Source: Candidatus Omnitrophota bacterium (GTDB taxonomy: Bacteria > Omnitrophota > Gorgyraeia > Duberdicusellales > Duberdicusellaceae). From it: 64,000 bases of DNA. A program made the position numbers and the translations under genes. Below are positions 39,647-48,840 of the stretch, piece after piece. The DNA is taken from positions 475-64,474 of the forward strand of contig JAFGCB010000030.1 in the NCBI GenBank assembly GCA_016932855.1, in the 5' to 3' direction. Under the pieces are notes generated by a model. It worked only from the letters and a program-made list of their open reading frames with translations. It ran no database searches and was not told the DNA's origin. Position 1 is the stretch's first letter, and each line of letters opens with the position of its first letter.

Positions 39647-40285
39647 CTATGTATTTATGAGTTGGGTAAATGTTTTGTGTGCTTGTGCGGGGTTTTCCGA
39701 CTTAAGGATGGCGCTTCCCACGCAGATAGAATCAATACCCAACGAGGATACTTCTTTAATATTTGATAACTTAATTCCGCCGTCAATGCCGATAGGCTTG
39801 CCGGGAAACGATTTTTTAAATTCTTTTATCTTGGTTAAAACTTCCGGTATGAATTTCGAACCGTAAAATCCGGGGATAACCGACATGAAAAGAACCGTAT
39901 CTACAGAATTCACCAAGAAACTAAAATCTTCTATTTGAGTTTCAGGATTAACGGCTAAGCCTACTTCAAGGCCAATGCTCCGTATCCGGGAGATTATTTT
40001 CTGACGGTCATTTTTTATTTCAAAATGGAATATTATCCTCTTGGAGCCGAATTTATGAAAAACATCCAGCCAATCCAGGGGGTCTTCGACCATAAGATGC
40101 GCCTCAGTAAAAGACAAGGAACTTAAATCTTGCAGGTCTTGCTTAAGTATGCTCTGCGAAGGAACAAACTTACCGTCCATAATATCTATCTGAATCTGCT
40201 CGGCAAAGCCTTCCGCTGTCTTTAGAAGTCTTAAAAACTCTTCTTTTTTATCGGTCAGAATAGCCGGAACGACTCTCATCATCAT
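39647..40285 (-). CDS. rpe: Ribulose-phosphate 3-epimerase
   Basis: 212-aa TIM-barrel epimerase (…PSILTAD…GIDGGI…). Confidence 0.85.
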   Translation of the reverse strand: MMMRVVPAILTDKKEEFLRLLKTAEGFAEQIQIDIMDGKFVPSQSILKQDLQDLSSLSFTEAHLMVEDPLDWLDVFHKFGSKRIIFHFEIKNDRQKIISRIRSIGLEVGLAVNPETQIEDFSFLVNSVDTVLFMSVIPGFYGSKFIPEVLTKIKEFKKSFPGKPIGIDGGIKLSNIKEVSSLGIDSICVGSAILKSENPAQAHKTFTQLINT

Positions 40286-41985
40286 TTAATTATCAGATTA
40301 AGCAAGCCTCCCACTAAAATAGCAACAATAAGCATTATTGCAAGCGACTTGCACATGTCTTTAAGGCCCAGCTCTTTAAGCAATACGGAAAATGTGCCCA
40401 TGCAAGGAAAATATATGGCCAAAATAGTACATCCCACTACCAGCTGCTTAGGGCTAAGGCCTAAAGGACCAAGCATGCCCACCGCCACATCTTTTCTTAA
40501 AAAACCCACCAACAAAGCCAAGATTGCTTTTTCGGGAAGGCCCCAGATAAATGTAACTACCGGGGCGACAATAATTCCTAAAACCTTAAGCACTCCTAAA
40601 CTGAATAAAAGATTGGTCATAAAAACACCTAATAAAACCAAGGGAACTGCCTCCTTTATAAAACCCGATATCCGTATCCATAATTTTCTAAACAAAACAT
40701 AAAGGTTAATCTTACGGTAAGGAGGAATCTCCATGAGAATCTCCGGGCTTTCTCCTCTAATAAATTTGTTAAGAATGACGCCCAGGGAAAACCAGACAAG
40801 AAACAGGGTTCCAAAAACCATTAAAATGTACCTTAAGCCGTATTTACCCAACACTCCCACAATCATCGATATTTGAGCCATACAGGGAATAGATATGGCG
40901 GTAAGCGTAGCCAGAATAAATCTTTCTCGGCGTGACTCCAAAACCCTTGATGCAAGCACCCCGGGAACATTGCATCCCAAGCTTAAAATAAAAGGAATCA
41001 CTGAAACTCCGTGAAGGCCTAATTTATGCATCACATTATCCATAAGCACTGACAATCGCGGCAAATAACCGAAGTCCTCAAGCAAGCCCAGAACAAAATA
41101 AAAGCTTAAAACATAAGGAAAGACCACGGCTATAGGAACATATATCCCCGTAGAAAGAACTCCCAAGGACTGCATAAATTCTATATTCTCATTAATCAAT
41201 CCCCCGATAAGAATATTACGCAAAAATTCCCAATGTATAAGTTCATTTAATCTCCATAAAAAAGGTTTATATATATTCTCGAAAAAAGGATCCAGCGCAA
41301 AATGTATTAAGCTCTCCCCGATAAACCTGACCACTAAAAAGCATAACCCCAGGACTACTACAGAAAAGGGAATACCGGTAAAAGGATGTATTGTTATCTC
41401 CTCCATTACGTCCCTGAAGCTATGGTGCTTATGGTGCAGGGTCTGGACCGAACTTGTAATCTCGCCTATAATCTCCCAAAGGTCTCTTCCTTCCAAGTTC
41501 AAAGACGAAACCTTTGCCTGATTAAGCTTCAAAGCTATATCCTTTATCCCTTCGCCGCTTAACCCGCAAGAATGCACCACCGGAACACCTAACAAATTCT
41601 GCAATTTATCTATGTCGATATCAATGCCCTTGTGCTTGGTCTCATCCCACATATTAAGAACTACAAGAAGCTTGCATTGCTGCTTGATTAACTGCAGGGT
41701 AAGATAGAGGTTTCGCTCAAGGTTCGTGGCATCTATTACATTTACCACTATAGCGGCTTCTTTAAGAAGCCTTACAGTAACTTCTTCGGCTTTATTCGTA
41801 GGCTCAATACTGTAGGCGCCGGGGGCATCAATTATGTCTACTCTCTCGGAGTTTTTAATAAGCACGCCTTTGGCAAATTCAACAGTAGTTCCCGGATAAT
41901 TACTGGTTAAAACTTTCGCCCCGGTAAGCCTAAAAAAGACAGCGCTCTTTCCGACGTTTGGATTACCTACTAACACCACCCTCAT
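40282..41985 (-). CDS. feoB: Ferrous iron transporter FeoB
   Basis: N-terminal G-domain (GNPNVGKS) followed by a polytopic membrane domain. Confidence 0.85.
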   Translation of the reverse strand: MRVVLVGNPNVGKSAVFFRLTGAKVLTSNYPGTTVEFAKGVLIKNSERVDIIDAPGAYSIEPTNKAEEVTVRLLKEAAIVVNVIDATNLERNLYLTLQLIKQQCKLLVVLNMWDETKHKGIDIDIDKLQNLLGVPVVHSCGLSGEGIKDIALKLNQAKVSSLNLEGRDLWEIIGEITSSVQTLHHKHHSFRDVMEEITIHPFTGIPFSVVVLGLCFLVVRFIGESLIHFALDPFFENIYKPFLWRLNELIHWEFLRNILIGGLINENIEFMQSLGVLSTGIYVPIAVVFPYVLSFYFVLGLLEDFGYLPRLSVLMDNVMHKLGLHGVSVIPFILSLGCNVPGVLASRVLESRRERFILATLTAISIPCMAQISMIVGVLGKYGLRYILMVFGTLFLVWFSLGVILNKFIRGESPEILMEIPPYRKINLYVLFRKLWIRISGFIKEAVPLVLLGVFMTNLLFSLGVLKVLGIIVAPVVTFIWGLPEKAILALLVGFLRKDVAVGMLGPLGLSPKQLVVGCTILAIYFPCMGTFSVLLKELGLKDMCKSLAIMLIVAILVGGLLNLIIK

Positions 41986-42224
41986 TCCAGCTCTACCTCT
42001 ATCTTTGAAGACATGCCTCGGCCTAAAGCCAAGATGCTGCGTTTAATCTCTATAATAACCGGGCCGTTTAAACAAACCGCCTTTTTCTTTAAAATTACCC
42101 CTTTTTTAACACCTAAATTCATGAGCCGAAGCTCGAGGCTTCTTCCGCCCTTGATATCGACCACCCGGGCCGGTATATTCTTCGCAACATCTAAAAGTGA
42201 AAAAATCTTCCCCTCCATAGTCAT
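41982..42224 (-). CDS. feoA: FeoA family protein
   Basis: 80-aa SH3-like FeoA immediately upstream of feoB. Confidence 0.7.
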   Translation of the reverse strand: MTMEGKIFSLLDVAKNIPARVVDIKGGRSLELRLMNLGVKKGVILKKKAVCLNGPVIIEIKRSILALGRGMSSKIEVELE

Positions 42225-42323
42225 AAAATTATACCCACTTTACACTTTAATTCAAGATATACCTTAAGTCCAGTATATAGGCAAACCTTCGGAAATATTA
42301 GAACACAGGCTGCCGAGCATAGG

Positions 42324-42343
42324 AAATCTGCGATCATCTGCGT
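42324..42343. promoter_or_regulatory. ATCTGCGATCATCTGCGTC direct-repeat motif (family F8) ~100 nt upstream of feoA
   Basis: Two 10-bp ATCTGYGAYC units. Identical but for one base to 52803-52821. Confidence 0.45.
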
Positions 42344-42347
42344 CAAT

Positions 42348-43499
42348 TTAAAAGTATTTTTTAAGAATATTAAGGACGTCTCTGTTTTCGGTAAAGCTTC
42401 GACTTTTAAGAGAGCTTATAACCTTTAAGCTACTCTTTTGCCAAAGATTAAGGAAATTCTCCCATCCCCTAACATTAGCTTCTCTTTTTACCCAGGGCTC
42501 GTTTTCTAAATACTGCATGATGCCGTCGGGGAAGACGTGGTTTGCCACAGCCTTATATGTCCAATAAGTCCAGCTAAATCCCCATTTTTTGAATATATCC
42601 AATAAATCCTTAAGCCAGTTCAATTCCCCGAAGAGTCCCGCCCGATAATTTATTCCAAACTCACCGACAAATACATCGACAGAATTTCTTTGGGAAAAAA
42701 TTTTGTAACGCTCCAAGCTCTTTTTAAGAACGGACTTATCCCAAAAAACTTTGTTGATATATCCGGGATATCTATAGCCGGGCCTAAAATTAAAGGTAAA
42801 ATCTAAAGGCTGATAAGTATGGATGCTTACGGCGATCTTCTCGTTCAATAAGTCCTTTAAGAAATCAATCTCCTGGGCCCAGAGGTTCCCCTCCAAGAAT
42901 ATGGTGTGATTCTTGTCTACTTCTCTTATTTTATTAATCAGCTTGCCATAGAAGCTCTTAAGCAAGGATATTTTATCTTTTTCTAAAACCGGCTCATTTA
43001 ATACGTCGTAACCGTACACACTGGCTTCGTCTTTGAATTCATTCGCCAAATACTGCCAAAGAGCAAAGGTCCTCTCCTGGAAAGATGGTTTTTTCCATAA
43101 AAGCGCTTTTCCCGAACTGTCGGCATGCCAATCGGCGTTTTGTGATCCTGGCCCGGCATGCAAATCCAAAATAATATAAAGTTTATATTTCTTTGCCCAG
43201 GATACGAGCCTTTTAAGTATCATAAGGCCTTTTTCGCTATATTTATAAGGGCTTTTTTCAATTAAGCGGTAATTAAAAGGCACTCTTACACAACTTGCTT
43301 TCCAGGAAGAAATTCTCTTTAAGTCGCCTTCAGCGATAAAGGAATTCCTAAATTCATTCTCGAATTTGGATAATTCCTTTTTGCCGTAGGTTCTAACAAA
43401 TCTTTTTTTGAAAACATGTTCGGGTATATTTCTTCCGCCGAGAATATATCCTTCCATCAAAAGCCAGCTACCGAGATTTACTCCTCTTAAACTCATCAT
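42348..43499 (-). CDS. Glycoside hydrolase family 5 (cellulase-like)
   Basis: RGVNLGSWLLMEGY N-terminal GH5 signature and NEP catalytic-acid motif (VLNEPV). Confidence 0.7.
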   Translation of the reverse strand: MMSLRGVNLGSWLLMEGYILGGRNIPEHVFKKRFVRTYGKKELSKFENEFRNSFIAEGDLKRISSWKASCVRVPFNYRLIEKSPYKYSEKGLMILKRLVSWAKKYKLYIILDLHAGPGSQNADWHADSSGKALLWKKPSFQERTFALWQYLANEFKDEASVYGYDVLNEPVLEKDKISLLKSFYGKLINKIREVDKNHTIFLEGNLWAQEIDFLKDLLNEKIAVSIHTYQPLDFTFNFRPGYRYPGYINKVFWDKSVLKKSLERYKIFSQRNSVDVFVGEFGINYRAGLFGELNWLKDLLDIFKKWGFSWTYWTYKAVANHVFPDGIMQYLENEPWVKREANVRGWENFLNLWQKSSLKVISSLKSRSFTENRDVLNILKKYF

Positions 43500-43628
43500 A
43501 TCGATTTATTATATCACAGCCAAAAAAAAATGAAATTTTTCTTGCAAAACACTTAAAAATTGTTTATAACTAAAGTAGTAAGTAAATTTTGGAGGTTTTT
43601 ATTCTTCTAACAAAGGAAACAAAAGAAA

Positions 43629-43937
43629 TTGGAAGGGGTGAAAGAGAAAGAATTCTGTGTGACTGACGGCAATATTAATTATGCCGGTTTCCACCTTATT
43701 CTCGAAGAGTGGAAGGCGCGTTATTTTCATTATTTATTTAAGATAAAGGACGATTTAAGTGTTATTATACAAACCTGCCGAGAGATCTTCCTTAATCCAG
43801 CGCATCCAAATAAACTAATCTTAAGACCGGCCGAAAACAGTTTTTATTTTCTAAGATTTAAAAATAAATACTATAATCCTTATATTCAGATCGCTTTATT
43901 CAAACTAAAGGAATATCTAAAGGAGATAGTACAATGA
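43629..43937 (+). CDS. Small hypothetical protein, translationally coupled (ATGA overlap) to the speH-like gene
   Basis: ORF only. Confidence 0.3.
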   Translation: MEGVKEKEFCVTDGNINYAGFHLILEEWKARYFHYLFKIKDDLSVIIQTCREIFLNPAHPNKLILRPAENSFYFLRFKNKYYNPYIQIALFKLKEYLKEIVQ

Positions 43938-44305
43938 AGAAAAAAAAGAAAGTAACCTTTGGCTGGGAATTAGTGCTAAACCTCTATGACTGCAATCTCG
44001 ATATAATCTCGTCTAAAAATAAAATCCAGCAGTACGTAAATAAACTTTGCAGGCTGATCAAAATGAAAAAATACGGCAAGACCTGGATACCTTACTTCGG
44101 GCATAAAAAACCTCATACTAAGGGTTATTCTCTTGTACAATTAATAGAAACGAGCTCAATTACCGGGCATTTCTCTGAAGAGAAAAGAAGCGTCTATATC
44201 AATATCTTCTCCTGCAAGGCTTATGACCACAAAAAAGCCAGGGCCTTTACCAGGCAGTTTTTCCAAGCCAAAAGCGTAAAGAACACGCTCCTAACCAGGC
44301 CCTAG
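43934..44305 (+). CDS. speH: S-adenosylmethionine decarboxylase proenzyme-like (small bacterial SpeH class)
   Basis: G-ELVLNLYDCN (cf. GHHL..DLYGC), ETSSITGHF region (cf. AESHLTIHTWPE self-cleavage site) and INIFSCKAYD (cf. VDIFTCG). Confidence 0.55.
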   Translation: MKKKKKVTFGWELVLNLYDCNLDIISSKNKIQQYVNKLCRLIKMKKYGKTWIPYFGHKKPHTKGYSLVQLIETSSITGHFSEEKRSVYINIFSCKAYDHKKARAFTRQFFQAKSVKNTLLTRP

Positions 44306-44418
44306 CTTAATTCCAAATCTAAAACCAATCCCTATATTTTAGAGAGTACTTGGTGCAATGTACTAGGTGCTTGATAAAAAATAAAATTTGCACTCTGCGC
44401 CAAGCATATAGCGCTTTC

Positions 44419-46452
44419 TTAATAGGCTTTCTTTAGCCGCGCGTCGGGAAAGTAATGCTTGAGGATATCTTGGTAGGAATAACCCTTATCAGCCATGCCT
44501 TTGGCGCCATACTGGCATAAGCCCTTTGCATGACCAAAGCCTCCGCCCCAAAAAATAAAATACTGGAGCCTGCCTTGCTTTGTATATTTTGTCTCTACTC
44601 TAAAAAAGCTGCTTCTTAAATCATCCAGGGCTTTACGAATCTTATATTCCGAATCGATATTCTCCTCCTCTGCCTTCGCCTTTATCTTTAAATAATTAAT
44701 GTGGCCGGAGGCATTCCTTTTTATAACCCTGAGCTTGAGAATATCGCCGAAACCGAGGCTTCGATTTGTAATCTCATCTAATTCCTCTTTAGCATAAAGC
44801 CTCTGCCAGCGGAATTTGCTCTTTTGTTCTTTCTCCTGCCGGCAGAAAACCTTGGGACTATCCACTAACCAATTGTAAAGTCCCAAGGCAGTCAAAGGAA
44901 ACTTTAAGCCCAAATCATTCTTGGCGTCAATTACTCCCTTAAATAACTCGGTTTCCTGGGTATGCCCTGCACAGTTGCTGGAATAATAAACATCAAAAAT
45001 ATCCCCCTCTCGAGCAATGACCATACCCCGGGTTTTATTGACCGCCTGATTAGTAGAGCCTCTTTCCTTGGTTGCACCTAAGTATACCTGATAAGCAACT
45101 GTATTATAAAAGTCAAAGCCTCTGCTAGAGTACATACCCAATCCCTTAAGGGCTTTAGTCCTTGCCAGAACTGCCTGAGCATAAAGGGCATGAGTCGGCC
45201 AGTCAGCTTGGACTTCCGAAGGCAAAACCCCGTAAAGGTACTCCTCCAAATTCAATTTATTTACGAGACAAATCTTACCTTCTTTAAGGATTATCTTAAA
45301 ACTGCCTCTAAAAAAATTATCCACTGTTTCCGACCAGTACGCGCCCTGGCCATGAGTTAATCCGAATACGCCCAAAAGAAACATCTTATCCTTGGACTTA
45401 ATAAACACGGGGCATTCTAAATTTCTTGCAAGGATCCTTGTGTCTTGGTCTATCAAAGATAAAGAATTCCGGCCAGGCTCTATGGCTATCTTATAAAGGA
45501 CATTGCTATCCAGATGAAACACCGCAAACCCTTTAGCGTAGAGTACGCCGCCTAAGGTCGCCTTAAACTCAAACGAATCTATGTCTTCAGCTATGCAGAC
45601 CTTCACTTCGGGCACCTCTTCATCTTCCACGAAACTAGTTACATTAAATTCCGCCTCCTTGCGATTTTTTTTTGTCTTTTCTCTTTCTCTGCGAAAAAAG
45701 TCCTCGCCTAGCTTTTCTTTAGATGACTTTAAAACAAGTTGCATCTGCCTATCTTCGGGAATCATGCTTAAAAATTTGCTTGACTCTTTAAAGCTTGCCA
45801 AATAATCCTTTATTTTAAAAAAAGAAGAAGCAAGCCTTTTGTAAACACTCTTTATGCTCGGATCCAAGCCTTTTACCCTTACTAAAGTTTTTACCGCCAA
45901 AGAAAACCGACCTTCCTGAAAATAAATATCGGCGATCCGTAAAAGCGGTAAAACAAAATAAGGGTCGATTTGCAAAGACTTGTTGTAATACTTGAGGGCA
46001 TCCCTGCGTTTTCCTAAATCTTCGTAGGCTAAACCGGAATAAAAACAGGCTTTCTCATCTGAAGGATTTCTAGCCAGATATTCTTCTAAGAAATTTACCG
46101 CCTTTTTTGCCTGGCCCGATAAACAGCTTAGCCTTCCAAGATGAAAAAGTATGGGAGGCGTTTTATGTTTTAAATAAGCCTTTTCTAAAAGGGAGACTGC
46201 CTGGTCTAAACTTCCTTCATCCTCATATAACAAGGCGAGATTCAAGTAATAAAATTCGTTATCTTTAGACTTGTCTATTTGATCTCTACATAAGTCTAGG
46301 GCTTGAGTCAAATCCTCCTGATTGGATAATCGGGCTAAATCTTCCCGGGAATCCTGGGCTAAACAACCGAAAATTAAAAAAATAGAAAATATAAATAAGG
46401 ATAGTTTCTTCATAGTCTCCTTAAGCCGGAATTTTGCCTTAGCAAAATACAT
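44419..46452 (-). CDS. TPR-repeat protein with C-terminal SpoIID/LytB domain
   Basis: Signal peptide, multiple TPR-like repeats, and C-terminal GGGFGHAKGLCQYGAKGMA matching the SpoIID/LytB GHGxGxSQxGA motif. Confidence 0.6.
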   Translation of the reverse strand: MYFAKAKFRLKETMKKLSLFIFSIFLIFGCLAQDSREDLARLSNQEDLTQALDLCRDQIDKSKDNEFYYLNLALLYEDEGSLDQAVSLLEKAYLKHKTPPILFHLGRLSCLSGQAKKAVNFLEEYLARNPSDEKACFYSGLAYEDLGKRRDALKYYNKSLQIDPYFVLPLLRIADIYFQEGRFSLAVKTLVRVKGLDPSIKSVYKRLASSFFKIKDYLASFKESSKFLSMIPEDRQMQLVLKSSKEKLGEDFFRREREKTKKNRKEAEFNVTSFVEDEEVPEVKVCIAEDIDSFEFKATLGGVLYAKGFAVFHLDSNVLYKIAIEPGRNSLSLIDQDTRILARNLECPVFIKSKDKMFLLGVFGLTHGQGAYWSETVDNFFRGSFKIILKEGKICLVNKLNLEEYLYGVLPSEVQADWPTHALYAQAVLARTKALKGLGMYSSRGFDFYNTVAYQVYLGATKERGSTNQAVNKTRGMVIAREGDIFDVYYSSNCAGHTQETELFKGVIDAKNDLGLKFPLTALGLYNWLVDSPKVFCRQEKEQKSKFRWQRLYAKEELDEITNRSLGFGDILKLRVIKRNASGHINYLKIKAKAEEENIDSEYKIRKALDDLRSSFFRVETKYTKQGRLQYFIFWGGGFGHAKGLCQYGAKGMADKGYSYQDILKHYFPDARLKKAY

Positions 46453-46523
46453 ATAAAGAATATGATTATTATTGAAAATATTGCAAGGGCCAACCTCTGC
46501 GTCGCCCAGTCAGAAAATCAAAT

Positions 46524-46555
46524 ATTATATAACCGACAGGCGCAAGGCCTCTACC
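46524..46555 (+). repeat. F9 element, second copy (ATTATATAACCGACAGGCGCAAGGCCTCTACC)
   Basis: The reverse complement matches 20606-20632 at 27/28 positions. Confidence 0.5.
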
Positions 46556-46661
46556 TATAAATAATCACATAACGTTTAGGTATTATATGGCGGGGCTGGT
46601 AAATATTCAAGAGGCATTAAATAATCTCAGTAATCTAGATTTAATCTCTGCAATCAGATCT

Positions 46662-47108
46662 TCAATTAGATAATTTATCTTTTACTATTTGGCTTACTTC
46701 TTTGGAGTCGGCTCTGCCAGCAAGTTTTTCCAGCGAAAGCTTCATGACCTTGCCCATATCCTTAATCGAAGAGGCGCCTAGCTCTAAAACAGCTTCTTCT
46801 ATTATCTTTACAATCTCTTCTTTAGGCAGGCTTTGCGGCAAGTAGCCTTCCAGTACGGCAATCTCAGAATTTACCTGGATAAGCAAATCTTGGCGGGTTG
46901 ACTTTTCAATCTGTTCCTTTGAGTCTAAAAGCTTTTTTTTCTGTTTTTTTAAAACATCTATTACCTGGACGTCATCCAGGATTTCCTTTTTTAAATTAAT
47001 AGCCTGATTTTTAAGCTCGGCCCGCAGAAAACTTAAAAACTGAGCCTTGTCTTTTTCTTTAGCTTTTAATGCCCGGACATAATCAGCGTAAATCTTCTCT
47101 TCCAACAT
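46662..47108 (-). CDS. GatB/YqeY domain protein
   Basis: 148-aa YqeY family (…YADYVRALKAKEK…). Confidence 0.75.
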   Translation of the reverse strand: MLEEKIYADYVRALKAKEKDKAQFLSFLRAELKNQAINLKKEILDDVQVIDVLKKQKKKLLDSKEQIEKSTRQDLLIQVNSEIAVLEGYLPQSLPKEEIVKIIEEAVLELGASSIKDMGKVMKLSLEKLAGRADSKEVSQIVKDKLSN

Positions 47109-47157
47109 GATTAGAAATTATAACATATTTGCCTATGCTTACAAAGGGAAACTCAGC

Positions 47158-48108
47158 TTATTTTTTTCTTAGCGAAGCGACAAAAAAGCCCTCGAAAATC
47201 GGGGTAGGTATAATTCGCTTAGTAAATACCATCTCCTTGGAGAAAGATCTTGTATTCCATTCCAGCAATCCCTGCCTAAGGTTAGCGAAAGGCAGGCTTA
47301 TCTTTTCAAGATAAACCTTGTCTTTAAATTTATTCAAAGCCCAATTAATGACCTGCTCGTTTTCCTCAGGAGAAAAGGTACAAGTAGAATAGACAAGCCT
47401 ACCCCCCGGCTTTAAGGACATAATACCTGAGAAAAGCAGGCGTTTTTGCTTATGCTGAGCCTCTTTTATCTTTCTCGGTGACCAATACGAATAAGACTTA
47501 GGGTTGTGGACTAAGAAATTTGCTTCGCTGCTGCAGGGAGCGTCTACTAAAACTTTATCAAAATAATCAGCATGGTTCCTAAAAAAGATTGTCCCGTCTG
47601 CCAAGTAGGTCTTTACAAGTCTTTCCTGGCCCTGATTTTTTAAGTTTGCAAGGAGTTTATAGAAACGTACCTTAATCTTCTCAACCGCAACTACTTGGGC
47701 CTCCCCTCTAGTCTCCGAGACTATTTGAGTAGTTTTTCCTCCTGGGGCTGAACATAAATCAAGAATTCTTTCGCCCTCTTTGGGCTCTAAAAGCATAACC
47801 GCAACCATACTGGAAAGATTCTGAAGATAGATAAAGCTCTGTTTATAGAAATCAGTAGCCTGAAATTCTCTCTGACTTGGCTTAACCAAAATAAAGGCGC
47901 TATTGTACCAGTCGACTCTTCTAAACTGTATATTCGCTGATTTAAGTCTTTGAGTTAAAGTCTTAATATCTATTTTAATTAGGTTAGCCCTAAAGGTGGT
48001 ATTCTTGTCGGTAAGAAAGGAACTTAAAACTGCAGGGTATTCTTTAGGATAAATTCTTTTTATCCTTTCCAAAAATTGTGCGGGAAGTCTATAGAGTAGT
48101 TTATCCAT
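47158..48108 (-). CDS. rRNA cytosine-C5 methyltransferase, NOL1/NOP2/Sun (RsmB/RsmF) family
   Basis: SAM motif I DLCSAPGGKT and catalytic motif IV DAPCSS. Confidence 0.75.
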   Translation of the reverse strand: MDKLLYRLPAQFLERIKRIYPKEYPAVLSSFLTDKNTTFRANLIKIDIKTLTQRLKSANIQFRRVDWYNSAFILVKPSQREFQATDFYKQSFIYLQNLSSMVAVMLLEPKEGERILDLCSAPGGKTTQIVSETRGEAQVVAVEKIKVRFYKLLANLKNQGQERLVKTYLADGTIFFRNHADYFDKVLVDAPCSSEANFLVHNPKSYSYWSPRKIKEAQHKQKRLLFSGIMSLKPGGRLVYSTCTFSPEENEQVINWALNKFKDKVYLEKISLPFANLRQGLLEWNTRSFSKEMVFTKRIIPTPIFEGFFVASLRKK

Positions 48109-48111
48109 AAT

Positions 48112-48140
48112 ATACGAGTTCTACGAGTTATCGAGTTAGA
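48112..48140. repeat. Octamer tandem repeat TACGAGTT x3
   Basis: tacgagttctacgagttatcgagttagagg. Confidence 0.55.
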
Positions 48141-48187
48141 GGAATTAAATAAGTTATAGCCCGCAGCTCGTTGAGCCAGCTAACTTG

Positions 48188-48733
48188 TTAACTAATGAAG
48201 GGGCCCTGCTTGGCAAAGAATTTTCCCCCAAAATGAAAAAGTAAATCAGCCTCTTCTTTCCAGACAATATTATCAAAGTCAAAAATTCCTTCCACGACCT
48301 CAGCATAAACCGGTTCTCCAAAAAACAAGAAATGATCACCTATCTCTTTTATATCAATTAAAGAACACTCAATATTTGCTATACATTCTTTAATCTTTGA
48401 AGCCTTGGATAATTTTAAGGCTTTTTCTCTGGTAAGAGGAGCTTTCTGGAACTTATCAATATCTCTTCCGGAATTACTCCCGCAAAATACAGCCTTATCT
48501 TTTAACTGCCAGGAAGGGATATTAATTATAAACTCCTTACTTTTCCTGATAAGCTCGCTTGATAAGTGCTTCTTGGCTAACGCGACTAAAAGGCATGCCG
48601 GGGTATGTGAACAGGGCGAATGCCAGGCACAGGTTGTAATATTATCTTTATCCTTATATGAACAACTAACCAGGATTAAGTTCCCGGAGTTAATAAGCCG
48701 GCAAGCCCTCTTCTTATCCACCTCTTTCTTCAT
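48188..48733 (-). CDS. Flavin reductase-like (FMN-binding split barrel) protein
   Basis: Conserved flavin reductase domain pattern (…NLILVSC…TCAWHSP…). 181 aa. Confidence 0.55.
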   Translation of the reverse strand: MKKEVDKKRACRLINSGNLILVSCSYKDKDNITTCAWHSPCSHTPACLLVALAKKHLSSELIRKSKEFIINIPSWQLKDKAVFCGSNSGRDIDKFQKAPLTREKALKLSKASKIKECIANIECSLIDIKEIGDHFLFFGEPVYAEVVEGIFDFDNIVWKEEADLLFHFGGKFFAKQGPFIS

Positions 48734-48780
48734 CTTATCTCCTTTCTCAATAATCTCGACGGCAACCCCACTATCCCTCT

Positions 48781-48818
48781 ACACCTCTTCATATAACGGT
48801 CGTTATGAAAAGAGGTGT
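48781..48818. repeat. 38-bp palindrome ACACCTCTTCATATAACGGTCGTTATGAAAAGAGGTGT downstream of the PaaX-like gene
   Basis: Near-perfect palindrome. It is the inverted counterpart of the palindrome at 49644-49681. Confidence 0.7.
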
Positions 48819-48840
48819 AGTAAAAACGAAAAACAAAACA

